In this document: positions 27,137 through 35,889 of the stretch, piece after piece
Layout: every line of letters begins with the position of its first letter
Position numbering within the stretch: the stretch's first letter is position 1
Source of the DNA: a virus
Reading direction: 5' to 3' (one strand)
IMG/VR virus record: IMGVR_UViG_3300023084_000010
Span: 1-64,000 of that record
DNA: 64,000 bases
The notes under the pieces: generated by a model
Databases searched by the model: none
Told to the model about the DNA's origin: nothing
The model's input: only the letters and a program-made list of their open reading frames with translations
Made by a program: the position numbers and the translations under genes

Positions 27137-28657
27137 TTATCTATCTAATTTTAATGGGCTTGTTAATTTTATAGGTGAAAATTTCATTGCAGTTGCGTCT
27201 ACCGGTCCGATACCAGGTAAACCAAATCCTGGTAATCCGAATCTACGTCTTGTTCTTTTTTTACCATTGCCTTTACCGCCTTTAGGTTTTAATCTAGGTT
27301 GTGGCAGTGGCCTTGGGCCTGGAACAGGAACAATCTCCGGTGCCTTTATAGTTTTAGGAGTAGTTTTAGGCTTACTTGGTGTAGTATCTGGCGTTGGCTT
27401 AGTATCGGGTTTTGGCTCAGCTGGCTTATCGGATGGCTTAGTATCCGGTCTACTATCGGGTTTTGGCTTAGTATCTGGCCTACTATCGGGTTTTGGCTCA
27501 GCTGGTTTAGCTGGCGGTTTAGTATCTGGTTTTGGTGTAGGCGTTGGCCTATCAGCTGGCTTAGTATCTGGCTTTGGCTTAGTATCGGGTTTTGGCTCAG
27601 CTGGCTTATCGGATGGCTTAGTATCCGGTCTACTATCGGGTTTTGGCCTGGTATCTGGTTTAGAATCTGGCTTCGGTTGTGCCGGTTTAACTGGCGGTTT
27701 AGTATCTGGTTTTGGTGTAGGCGTTGGCCTATCAGCTGGCTTAGTATCTGGCTTTGGCTTAGTATCTGGCTTTGGCTTAGTTGGTTTTTTTGGTTGACCG
27801 GGAACAGGTTTTGTGTCTGGACGGGTACGTGGCTTACTACCCGGCTTATCAGATGGCTTTGGCTCAGCTGGTTTAGCTGGCGGTTTAGTATCTGGTTTTG
27901 GTGTAGGTGTTGGCCTATCAGCTGGCTTAGTATCTGGCTTTGGCGTTGTTTCTGGCTCCGGCACTACACGAATAGGAGGCCCTGGTTTGTTTGCGGGCTT
28001 CGGATCTGTTTTAGGTGTAGTACGATCTGGAGCGGGATCACTAGTTGCTGGTTCTCCCAACTCTGGTGCAGGAAGACTTGCTGCAGCTTTTGTTAACGCA
28101 TCTTTTGCAGCTACATATCTAGGATGAGTACGTGGGTCGCCACTTGCTATGTCATCTGCTGACATAGCATTTGCTTCTGCATCTATTAAGTCAACGAAAG
28201 CCTGAGGATCATTGGTCGAAAGATGATCTAAAAACTTTTCTGCTTCGTTCCAAGCTGCCGACTGATCATCTGATATAGTGCCATCGGCTGCAGTAGATGG
28301 AGTTAGTGCAAATCCTATAGCACCGAATAATCTTCCCAATACACCTTTTGCTAAAGATCCTGCTTTTGATCCCGTAGATTTCGGAATACTGGGAATATTG
28401 CCCGCTTTAAAATTATTGTTTGCTGCTTGTAATGCTTTTGGATTATCTAATAAGTAATTTGTTATTGCATTTTTAAATTGTGGTGTTTTAAACTGCGGAT
28501 TTAAATTCACAATATTATTTACAGTTCTCGCTGCTTGACTTGGACTTACTTTGTATTGATTCTGAAATTGAACCGGATCAAGTCCTCTTAAATTAAACGC
28601 AGGCACTGCTTCGTCTAATGATTCTTTGTTGCCTTCAGTGAACTCTGTAAATTTCAT
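27137..28657 (-). CDS. Pro/Lys/Asp/Thr-rich repeat protein (probable internal virion protein)
   Basis: Likely start MKFTEFTEG at 28657; PKPDTKP repeats. Confidence 0.75.
   Translation of the reverse strand: MKFTEFTEGNKESLDEAVPAFNLRGLDPVQFQNQYKVSPSQAARTVNNIVNLNPQFKTPQFKNAITNYLLDNPKALQAANNNFKAGNIPSIPKSTGSKAGSLAKGVLGRLFGAIGFALTPSTAADGTISDDQSAAWNEAEKFLDHLSTNDPQAFVDLIDAEANAMSADDIASGDPRTHPRYVAAKDALTKAAASLPAPELGEPATSDPAPDRTTPKTDPKPANKPGPPIRVVPEPETTPKPDTKPADRPTPTPKPDTKPPAKPAEPKPSDKPGSKPRTRPDTKPVPGQPKKPTKPKPDTKPKPDTKPADRPTPTPKPDTKPPVKPAQPKPDSKPDTRPKPDSRPDTKPSDKPAEPKPDTKPKPDTKPADRPTPTPKPDTKPPAKPAEPKPDSRPDTKPKPDSRPDTKPSDKPAEPKPDTKPTPDTTPSKPKTTPKTIKAPEIVPVPGPRPLPQPRLKPKGGKGNGKKRTRRRFGLPGFGLPGIGPVDATAMKFSPIKLTSPLKLDR
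27397..27944. repeat. intragenic tandem repeats of about 180-186 bp period encoding PKPD(T/S)(K/R)P units
   Basis: Block at 27397-27467 repeated at 27577-27647; second block at about 27511, 27691 and 27877. Confidence 0.9.
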
Positions 28658-28658
28658 A

Positions 28659-29105
28659 TTAGATTTCCTCGATAGGAAGGTCATCTACTATTTCTGGTTG
28701 ACCTTCTGTAGCTTCTATATATTCCATATAGTGCTTTACAGTAGCAATGTAATCTGCTGCTTTAGTGATTTTACTTTGCACCCAAGGTTCTAAATTTTCG
28801 TTGTCTTGAATCATGCCATGCAATTGAATAGCATACTTTGAAAGTTTATATAGTTCACTTTTTGCCATCCATCCATCATCGTCGGTGTCATCTAATACAC
28901 CTTCCATAATTTCGCTCATGTAAACTGTAGGCTCTGTGCCTTCTTTTAATTCTGTACTGTGTCTTTTCATCCACGCACGTGCAACATCGATGTCTTCGAA
29001 CACTTTGCGTTCTACTCCGTTAACATCTAGTACTTTATATTCGCTGCCTTCTTTCACAAGTTGTGGTTTGGCAGCTGGGTTTGATTGTAATTTTTCTAAT
29101 CTCAT
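28659..29105 (-). CDS. probable internal head protein
   Basis: MAKSELY....A..L...I...LEPWVQSKITKAADY module; likely start MRLEK at 29105. Confidence 0.7.
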   Translation of the reverse strand: MRLEKLQSNPAAKPQLVKEGSEYKVLDVNGVERKVFEDIDVARAWMKRHSTELKEGTEPTVYMSEIMEGVLDDTDDDGWMAKSELYKLSKYAIQLHGMIQDNENLEPWVQSKITKAADYIATVKHYMEYIEATEGQPEIVDDLPIEEI

Positions 29106-29125
29106 TGAGACGCTCCAAGTATCAT

Positions 29126-29151
29126 GATAAGTAATTATACACTTATTTATC
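29126..29151. promoter_or_regulatory. face-to-face late promoter pair
   Basis: GATAAGTAA on + (29126-29134) and GATAAATAA on - (29143-29151) between divergent genes. Confidence 0.55.
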
Positions 29152-29161
29152 AGAGTACAGC

Positions 29162-30223
29162 ATGAAGATAGCAATTTTCCTTACCGGTCTAATAATAGAC
29201 AAAACTCCAACATTAGAATATATTAAACACATGTTTGATGATTTTGCAAGAAGAAATAGCTTGCAAATTGATTATTATTGTCACTTTTGGGATAGTACAG
29301 GTTTATATCCTTATGATATAGATTATCAAATTACAAAGATAACTGTACCTTGGGAAAATCGTGGCAGTGTAGATCGTGCAATTAATACTTTTAAACCAAG
29401 AGAATACAAAGTAAGTAAATTTTCAGATATACATGATCATTTTTTAATTTATTACAAAAACAAATTTAAAGACAATGAATGGGTACAAGACACAATTTCA
29501 ATGATCGAAGATCAGCAATTTAACAAAAACTTACATCCAAACTTTTTTATAGACAACTTTAAAAATCCACATCATGTATTTGATAAATGGTGGCACTATC
29601 ATGTATTTTACTGCAGATATGTTCATGTTGTTTCACAAGCATTTAGTGCTTCGCAATCTAAAAATCTTATTAAGAATTCAAACGAAGAATATGCGGCTGT
29701 TATTAAATGGAGATACGATGTACTAGCTGATTTAATTTCTAATAATGACAAAATGATAGATGCAATTAAACATTGCTCAGATGATTCTGTTTTTTATACA
29801 GAATTAGCATGGGAAGGAAACGAATGGAAAGAAGACTTACCATATGATATTAACAGTGCGCCTGTGAACAAAACTATAAGTTTACACGACGGTTGGTGGA
29901 TGACTAGTAATTCTGTTAATAATACATTAGCAGAAACCTTACTAACTAAATATTCCGAAGTCGATGACGGTCAACACATTAGATTTTATAAGTCGATTAA
30001 GTCCGACGAGTATCAGATTAAATTAACTAATAGAATACAACATAATATTATACGCTTTCCCGAATCAATACCAAAAGATTACAACTCAAAACCTTGGGAG
30101 TATTTTCATACATTGTATCAGAAAAACTTTAACACAAAAAAACAAAGCGATTTCAGAGGTCCTATAGATCACTGCGATGAAAGAGCAAAATACTATACTA
30201 TCAAATATTTTAATTTTTATTAG
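29162..30223 (+). CDS. putative glycosyltransferase-like protein
   Basis: MKIAIFLTG N-terminus, YCHFWD and VIKWRYD; paralogous to its convergent neighbour. Confidence 0.6.
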   Translation: MKIAIFLTGLIIDKTPTLEYIKHMFDDFARRNSLQIDYYCHFWDSTGLYPYDIDYQITKITVPWENRGSVDRAINTFKPREYKVSKFSDIHDHFLIYYKNKFKDNEWVQDTISMIEDQQFNKNLHPNFFIDNFKNPHHVFDKWWHYHVFYCRYVHVVSQAFSASQSKNLIKNSNEEYAAVIKWRYDVLADLISNNDKMIDAIKHCSDDSVFYTELAWEGNEWKEDLPYDINSAPVNKTISLHDGWWMTSNSVNNTLAETLLTKYSEVDDGQHIRFYKSIKSDEYQIKLTNRIQHNIIRFPESIPKDYNSKPWEYFHTLYQKNFNTKKQSDFRGPIDHCDERAKYYTIKYFNFY

Positions 30224-31092
30224 GCTTTGTCAGGATTCTCAAATTGATATTGATTAAACTGTTGCTCGATATATTGGAAATTTAGTTGATGTAATTCTTC
30301 ATCATACCGTATTAGTTTACAATCAAATGGCATCGGCCACACTACGCTAAAACTTAACATATTTGTCTTAGAGTACATTGCTAACTTATTCCATATCCAA
30401 TGCGGCGGCTCTGGAAAATCACTTACTTGTAGTTCATACCATAATTGTTTGTGTTCGGTTGCTAATTTTAAACAATGATCTTCGATATTATTATTAAATT
30501 TGTACCAGACATCTGGTTTGCTTATGAATGCAAAATCTGCAAATAACGGAATACCACTGTCTATATAGAGCCAAGGCGAAAACATTTTATCATTGAATAT
30601 TGGATTTCGATATATGTTTTCAAATGCTTCTGTCCAGTACTTTACATCCATATCTTTAAAAGCAACGTCACTGCGAGTCCGTATTACAATGTCATAATCA
30701 GATAGTGTTCCTAACATTTTAGTTATTTTGCCACTACAAATATACTGTCCCCAGAAGTTTTTAGCATAGTTGCTGATATATTGTTTTTCTACACCGAATA
30801 AATGTGCATGTTTGAATTTATCTGATACAAAGGACCAATCTAAATGTTGATTTATATTTTGTACACTATCTATAAATTTATCTATTACATTGTCATAATT
30901 TTGTATATGATACCGTATAGGTGCATATGTATTTTCTATTCTACTACGCAAATCAGGATCACCGTCGTCCCAAAAATATCCGTAGTAATCTACGTCAATT
31001 CCACAACCGTCGGGAAAAACTCGATTTTTAAACCACCAGGCACCCTGCTCAAGATGTCTTGGCTGCCCGGTTACTAATACTGCTATTCTCAT
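30220..31092 (-). CDS. putative glycosyltransferase-like protein
   Basis: MRIAVLVTGQPR, YGYFWD and YDIVIRTRSD motifs. Confidence 0.65.
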   Translation of the reverse strand: MRIAVLVTGQPRHLEQGAWWFKNRVFPDGCGIDVDYYGYFWDDGDPDLRSRIENTYAPIRYHIQNYDNVIDKFIDSVQNINQHLDWSFVSDKFKHAHLFGVEKQYISNYAKNFWGQYICSGKITKMLGTLSDYDIVIRTRSDVAFKDMDVKYWTEAFENIYRNPIFNDKMFSPWLYIDSGIPLFADFAFISKPDVWYKFNNNIEDHCLKLATEHKQLWYELQVSDFPEPPHWIWNKLAMYSKTNMLSFSVVWPMPFDCKLIRYDEELHQLNFQYIEQQFNQYQFENPDKA

Positions 31093-31101
31093 ATAAAACT
31101 C

Positions 31102-31740
31102 TTAGTTTAGCGGAAGTTCTGGGTTAGATGTTCTGAAGTCTTTTTTACGCATAACTGTTTTAGCAATCAAATCTAGTTCTTGCTTGTTGCTATCCCAGTC
31201 TAATGCAAACGGTACGTTTACATCACTACGCATGTCTTTAATAACTGCTTCAGCGTCTGGACCCATTTGTGCAATTCGCTTACCATACTTATTATAAGCA
31301 TCTTTAAACAAAATTGCAAGCTCTTTTAGTGTAATTGGCTGTTTATTTCTTCTATCATTTACACGATCCAAAAAGTGCTTTGTAAATTCTACATCAATTC
31401 CAACTGCAGCAAATAGTCTATCCAAATGTTTTTCTAATGTATCTAACATCGGCTGTGTAATCTCTGTTGGATAACCTTCGCTTTCAGCCATGTACTTGTC
31501 ACGATACATCTGTTCAATTTCTCTGTGATCAAAACCGCCAAACGTTCTACCAATGTCAAATGCATAACTGCTGATACTGCGTCGATTACCTTTACTCATT
31601 ACAAGACGGTGCATTGCTGCTAACATAGCTTCAATGAACGCTTCTTTTTGTCGTCGTTTTATTTCTGCTTGTACTTCATCTTTGCTCATCGCTTCCTCCA
31701 TATTAGGGAAGTCGATGTTTAAAAGTTCTGATAATTTCAT
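31102..31740 (-). CDS. probable internal head protein with C-terminal FTKHFLDRVND domain
   Basis: MKLSELL leader; HF.DR...R and AKTVMRK pattern reminiscent of RelE-like folds. Confidence 0.65.
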   Translation of the reverse strand: MKLSELLNIDFPNMEEAMSKDEVQAEIKRRQKEAFIEAMLAAMHRLVMSKGNRRSISSYAFDIGRTFGGFDHREIEQMYRDKYMAESEGYPTEITQPMLDTLEKHLDRLFAAVGIDVEFTKHFLDRVNDRRNKQPITLKELAILFKDAYNKYGKRIAQMGPDAEAVIKDMRSDVNVPFALDWDSNKQELDLIAKTVMRKKDFRTSNPELPLN

Positions 31741-31955
31741 CTTAAATCATCCCTGTACTCTTTCACGTAGTAATTCATTGGTTCGGTGTTTACTATTTCG
31801 AAGGTCTCGCCGTCGATATTCACGCCTGCCAACTTTTTTGGTTTTTTGCTTGTGAATTTTACTACGTGTATTCTGCGCTCAATACCACGGTGGTTTACCT
31901 CAAGTATATACTGAGGAAACATATTACGCCACCATCTTTTGAGCAACTTCTTCAT
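31737..31955 (-). CDS. hypothetical protein
   Basis: 72-aa ORF, ATGA-coupled. Confidence 0.6.
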   Translation of the reverse strand: MKKLLKRWWRNMFPQYILEVNHRGIERRIHVVKFTSKKPKKLAGVNIDGETFEIVNTEPMNYYVKEYRDDLR

Positions 31956-31968
31956 TTCTTTTTATTCC

Positions 31969-32262
31969 TTACTGCGAATTTAATTCTAGTTCGTATCTTA
32001 CTGCTTCTAACTCGTCTATATAAGTTTGTAATTCTTGTTGACTTGCGTTTTTAGCCATAGCATCAAAGTCACCATCATACTTGTCCATTGCTGCATCAAA
32101 TGTTGGAGCATGAGTATAAAGATATTCTAATGCACTGTCACCTATGGTGCCAACATAATCATACACTTTGTTGTATGCTGTTTGCAAATCTTTTACACCC
32201 AAGCCTTCGTTTAAATTTAGTCCTGCTAGTTGTACAATTCTATCTAAGTCTGACATTTTCAT
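31969..32262 (-). CDS. probable internal head protein
   Basis: N-terminal RIVQLAGL..NE|G motif. Confidence 0.65.
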   Translation of the reverse strand: MKMSDLDRIVQLAGLNLNEGLGVKDLQTAYNKVYDYVGTIGDSALEYLYTHAPTFDAAMDKYDGDFDAMAKNASQQELQTYIDELEAVRYELELNSQ

Positions 32263-32984
32263 TTCTTTTTGCCTGCTTTCATATTAGCACACCAGTGATA
32301 CATTTTTTGTTTTTCACCGCTGCTATTTTTTGCTTTACGTCTTAGTTCAGTAACGCTACCGTCACAACTAGCACCTGCTGCTTTTACACGCCCAGGTCTA
32401 CTTTTGCCTTTTACTTTACCATCAGCAAAGTTTTCTCCCATTACACGTTGTTTAAGAGATTGCCACCAACTTTGATTTTGTTGATTTGTTTTTGTCTGTT
32501 GTTTAGGTTGTTTGTTTTGTCCACCCCAGTTAATTTTATGTGCTAGGCTACCTGGTTCATTTTCGTTAAATGCTGTATCAGCATGTTTCTTAGCACTAGC
32601 ACCATCTGGGTGTTTTGGATTAATACCAACAACTTCACCGTTTATTAGTTCGCTTATATTACTTGCTTTGCCAATTTTGTCAAGCAATTGATGCAGTGGA
32701 TCTTCAGGATCATAGTTACCACTTTCGTATCCACTTTTACCTCTTACTTCAGTGCGTTTACCTGTTTCACTATCTGTAATATGTAGTACATACATATCAT
32801 CATCACGTTCTAATTGTAGTTTATAACCTTCTAGTACTACTTCGGAACTTTCTTTAAGATATGGCAAACTAAACCACAGTTTAAACCATTCTTGTGTGCC
32901 AGGCTTAACTTTATTCTTACGCTCGATGTCGTGAATACGTTTAGCAGTATGGCTCATGTTCTCTGTGATTTCATTCAACTTCAT
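32259..32984 (-). CDS. probable modular internal head protein
   Basis: MKLNEITE leader; modules separated by LKE|S, LE|G and GE|N. Confidence 0.7.
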   Translation of the reverse strand: MKLNEITENMSHTAKRIHDIERKNKVKPGTQEWFKLWFSLPYLKESSEVVLEGYKLQLERDDDMYVLHITDSETGKRTEVRGKSGYESGNYDPEDPLHQLLDKIGKASNISELINGEVVGINPKHPDGASAKKHADTAFNENEPGSLAHKINWGGQNKQPKQQTKTNQQNQSWWQSLKQRVMGENFADGKVKGKSRPGRVKAAGASCDGSVTELRRKAKNSSGEKQKMYHWCANMKAGKKK

Positions 32985-34192
32985 TTTACTAACCCTAAGT
33001 TAAATGCTTGGTTAGGTGTTGCACCTGGTACACCAAGAGGTTTTGGTTTACCATCGCCGCCAAAAAACTTTTTAGCCTGACGTTCTGTTTCGCCTGGTTT
33101 AACATCTACTGTAGTGTTAACACCTGGAACAATTTTACCATCTTCTTTTATTGCTATTCTTTGATTCTTAACATCATCAAACATTTTGTTAAATTTATTT
33201 AATGTTTTATCTAGACTTGCATTTACTTTTTTCTTTTTGTTATCAGTGTTAGATACCGGTACATTGTTAGTATTTGGTGTGACTACCTTAGGTGATGATG
33301 TTTTTTGATTTGGTTCCATTTTGTTCCATGGCTTAGATGTATCCCAATCTTTATTCGGAATCATTTCGGTAGGAACTTCAAAATCAAAAATACCAGGATC
33401 ATAATATGGATTTGGTTGAGGATCACTGATACTGTTAGATCCAGGTTCTCTTACAGTGTAATCTGGTAAGTCATGTCCTATTGACGGAAATACTCTTGCT
33501 CGTTCAGCAGGATCAAGTGTTCTGCGTAATTCTCCGTAATCACGTGCACCTATTTCGCCAGATATTCTTCTGTAATCATCGTAATCTCCTCCTGTCATAT
33601 CCAAGTTTCCACCGCTGCCCCAGCCTTCCTCGTCTTGTATAAGATGTTGAATTTCGTGTATAATTGTGTTGAGAATTTCATCGTCGGAGTTAAGGTCGCC
33701 CCAAGGATTGAGTGTACCGATACCAATTTGACCACCTCCGGCCCAACCTTGTTCTTCTGGATTACTAGAATTATCAAAAAATTCTATTTCTACATTTTTT
33801 AAAAATGGATATGACTTGAATATTTCGTCGTGGTTAAGAAATTTATTTAATTTTATTGGATTCATTGGCCTTTGATTTGATATAGTTGCGTTATGATCCG
33901 ACACTTCTTGACGCCAACGTCCTTCTAAACCTCTAACAGTGCCTGTTGCAGCCCATATTTCTTCCGGAGAATATCCTTGTGACTCCATTCGTTCCGCTTT
34001 ACGAGCACGATCCGGATCCCACAATTTAGCCTGTTGTCCTATCATTGTTGTCTTGGTAGGTTTGATGTTTTTATCTGCTGTAGTAGCCGGTTGTCTAACA
34101 ACTGGTGTGTTGTTAATTTCAGGATTAAGTTTTCCTAAGCCAACTGATGCTCTAGAACCCGGACCTTCGGATATAAATTCATTTAGTTTCAT
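32981..34192 (-). CDS. internal virion protein with LPD23-like and zincin (HExxH) domains
   Basis: IW..TG..RG.EG.WR.E.SD, IHEIQH..Q..EG and GE..AR motifs; MKLNEFISE leader. Confidence 0.75.
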   Translation of the reverse strand: MKLNEFISEGPGSRASVGLGKLNPEINNTPVVRQPATTADKNIKPTKTTMIGQQAKLWDPDRARKAERMESQGYSPEEIWAATGTVRGLEGRWRQEVSDHNATISNQRPMNPIKLNKFLNHDEIFKSYPFLKNVEIEFFDNSSNPEEQGWAGGGQIGIGTLNPWGDLNSDDEILNTIIHEIQHLIQDEEGWGSGGNLDMTGGDYDDYRRISGEIGARDYGELRRTLDPAERARVFPSIGHDLPDYTVREPGSNSISDPQPNPYYDPGIFDFEVPTEMIPNKDWDTSKPWNKMEPNQKTSSPKVVTPNTNNVPVSNTDNKKKKVNASLDKTLNKFNKMFDDVKNQRIAIKEDGKIVPGVNTTVDVKPGETERQAKKFFGGDGKPKPLGVPGATPNQAFNLGLVK

Positions 34193-34497
34193 GATACTAA
34201 CGCCGTTAATAATTGTAATATCTCTATTGGATATATTGTTTGTCTATCGCTTGAAAGAGATTGAATTCCTCTGCGCATTTTGTCAGCAGATTCTGGTGAA
34301 ATATTTCCAGTACTTTCGAATCTATCAATTATAATGTTTATTCTAGAAATATCAATTGGAAGTTCTTGCTGTACTGCTTCGTTCTTTTTACGACCGTCAC
34401 AATGAGCACGTTGAGAGAATCCTTTTGGATTATTACAATCAATTGAACGCTTGTACTTTGCGCTCCACTTCTCTCCTAGTATCTCATTAGTTTTCAT
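34189..34497 (-). CDS. probable internal head protein
   Basis: Likely start MKTNEILGE; KWS.KYK.SI.C.NPKGFSQRAHC module. Confidence 0.7.
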   Translation of the reverse strand: MKTNEILGEKWSAKYKRSIDCNNPKGFSQRAHCDGRKKNEAVQQELPIDISRINIIIDRFESTGNISPESADKMRRGIQSLSSDRQTIYPIEILQLLTALVS

Positions 34498-34498
34498 A

Positions 34499-34849
34499 TT
34501 ACCACTTTCTACATGACCAATAACGAGCTTTCCACTTTGGACCTGGATTGTCGCAATTATGTCTAGCACGGAAACTTTTACGTCTTTTCGGATTAGACTT
34601 CTTAATACGCATATTAGGATCACCAAAGTTTACTTTTACAACATTGCCTTTATCGTTTTTAACGTAAACTTTAAATTTCTTCACGTCACCACGCATTGGC
34701 TTGTTTAGTTTAACTTTACGTCCTTGATACTCTGCTTCGAATACACCTTCTTCTTCTGCATATCCTAGTTCGCCAAACTCTTCGTGAAAGTCTTGTGTAT
34801 CTTCTAACGTAATTTCTTCGTTAAGTTGTGTAAATTCATAAATCTTCAT
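34499..34849 (-). CDS. basic phage virion protein
   Basis: MKIYEF leader; AEYQGRKVKLNKP...VNFGDP...SFRARHNC...YWSC module. Confidence 0.75.
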   Translation of the reverse strand: MKIYEFTQLNEEITLEDTQDFHEEFGELGYAEEEGVFEAEYQGRKVKLNKPMRGDVKKFKVYVKNDKGNVVKVNFGDPNMRIKKSNPKRRKSFRARHNCDNPGPKWKARYWSCRKW

Positions 34850-34853
34850 AAAA

Positions 34854-34896
34854 ACACCCTTGGTAATAGTCGTTAGTACTATTTATCCAAGGGTGT
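34854..34896 (-). promoter_or_regulatory. hairpin/terminator with embedded late promoter and RBS
   Basis: Perfect 10-bp arms ACACCCTTGG/CCAAGGGTGT, TAAATA at 34880-34885, U-run then ATG. Confidence 0.7.
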
Positions 34897-34913
34897 AAAG
34901 TTTTTAGTAAAAC

Positions 34914-35324
34914 TTATGGTGTTTCGTCACCTTCGAGATCATCTGCATTAGTTAATGATGAATCGTCGCCTGCTTCTTCAATTTGTGCGCCGCCATCTGT
35001 CAGATCTGCGTCGAAGTTCCATGGATATGTGTTGCCATCATTTCCTGTAACTTTTCTACCAGAAATTTTAGTAACTTGTAACTGGTCACCTGAATCATTC
35101 AATACTGTAATTGACATTTGACCTGCTGTAAGTGCTGCACTTGCTGCATCTGTTAGTGTGCAAACTGCAGTGTTAGTGCCGTCTGAACATAAAAAACGCT
35201 TTGACGCTTTTTGTTTTACAATCCATCCTGCTACACTAGCTGTACCATTATGGAATTGTACTTTGATTTCGTTTCCGCCTGCTGTTGGTGTTCCGAAAAA
35301 TCTTTTGTTTAGTGGTCTTCCCAT
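34914..35324 (-). CDS. late/virion protein (MGRPLNKRFFG)
   Basis: Strong AAAGGAG RBS, late promoter at 35391-35396, structural-protein composition. Confidence 0.75.
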   Translation of the reverse strand: MGRPLNKRFFGTPTAGGNEIKVQFHNGTASVAGWIVKQKASKRFLCSDGTNTAVCTLTDAASAALTAGQMSITVLNDSGDQLQVTKISGRKVTGNDGNTYPWNFDADLTDGGAQIEEAGDDSSLTNADDLEGDETP

Positions 35325-35376
35325 TTGTTTTCTCCTTTGACGTTCTAGGTCTACGGGGTGGTGTCCCCATAAGCTC

Positions 35377-35874
35377 TTATTGAGCAGTAGTATTTATCGG
35401 ATATCTTCGAATACCTATAGCTTTATTAGGTTTATAATAGTCATACCGAACTTCATTGTTTTGATTACCGCCAAGTATTACCCAATATTCGGTGTTGTCT
35501 ACTAGTCTTGTTTCTACGTAAAAGCCAACGTGTCCTTGCCAACCTTGATTACCTCTTGGAAACACAACAACATCTCCACGTTGTATATTAGCACGTTCAA
35601 CACGTTCTCCCCATTGTAAAAAACTTCTGGCCATTAACGGACTATCGCTGACACTTGAACTACCAGGTATATTATCTATCTCTAGTACACTGTTAACAAA
35701 CGCTGCACACCATTCTGTTCGCACAGGATCTACACCGACTAGTTCTTTCAACTCTGAACGATTTTGTCTTTCTTGCAAACCAATATATGGTTGTGCAGTA
35801 ATAACACTATCGTTGGTACTAACAGTATTACAGCCGCTGACAGCGGCTGCTAATAAAAAAATAATCACTCTCAT
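35377..35874 (-). CDS. TIGR02594/NlpC-P60-like peptidoglycan hydrolase lipoprotein
   Basis: Lipobox VSG|C, WCAAFVN, ARSFL.WG, GHVGFY and LGGNQ. Confidence 0.85.
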   Translation of the reverse strand: MRVIIFLLAAAVSGCNTVSTNDSVITAQPYIGLQERQNRSELKELVGVDPVRTEWCAAFVNSVLEIDNIPGSSSVSDSPLMARSFLQWGERVERANIQRGDVVVFPRGNQGWQGHVGFYVETRLVDNTEYWVILGGNQNNEVRYDYYKPNKAIGIRRYPINTTAQ

Positions 35875-35889
35875 AAAGATATTTAGTGA

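Noticed and set aside
27397-27944. Repeats as a possible CRISPR array
   Set aside because: In-frame coding repeats with no unique spacers; no cas genes in the window.
27267-28127. Long plus-strand Gly/Leu/Ser- and Trp-rich ORFs
   Set aside because: Antisense shadows of the PKPD repeat, which lacks stops on the opposite strand; no RBS or promoter seen.
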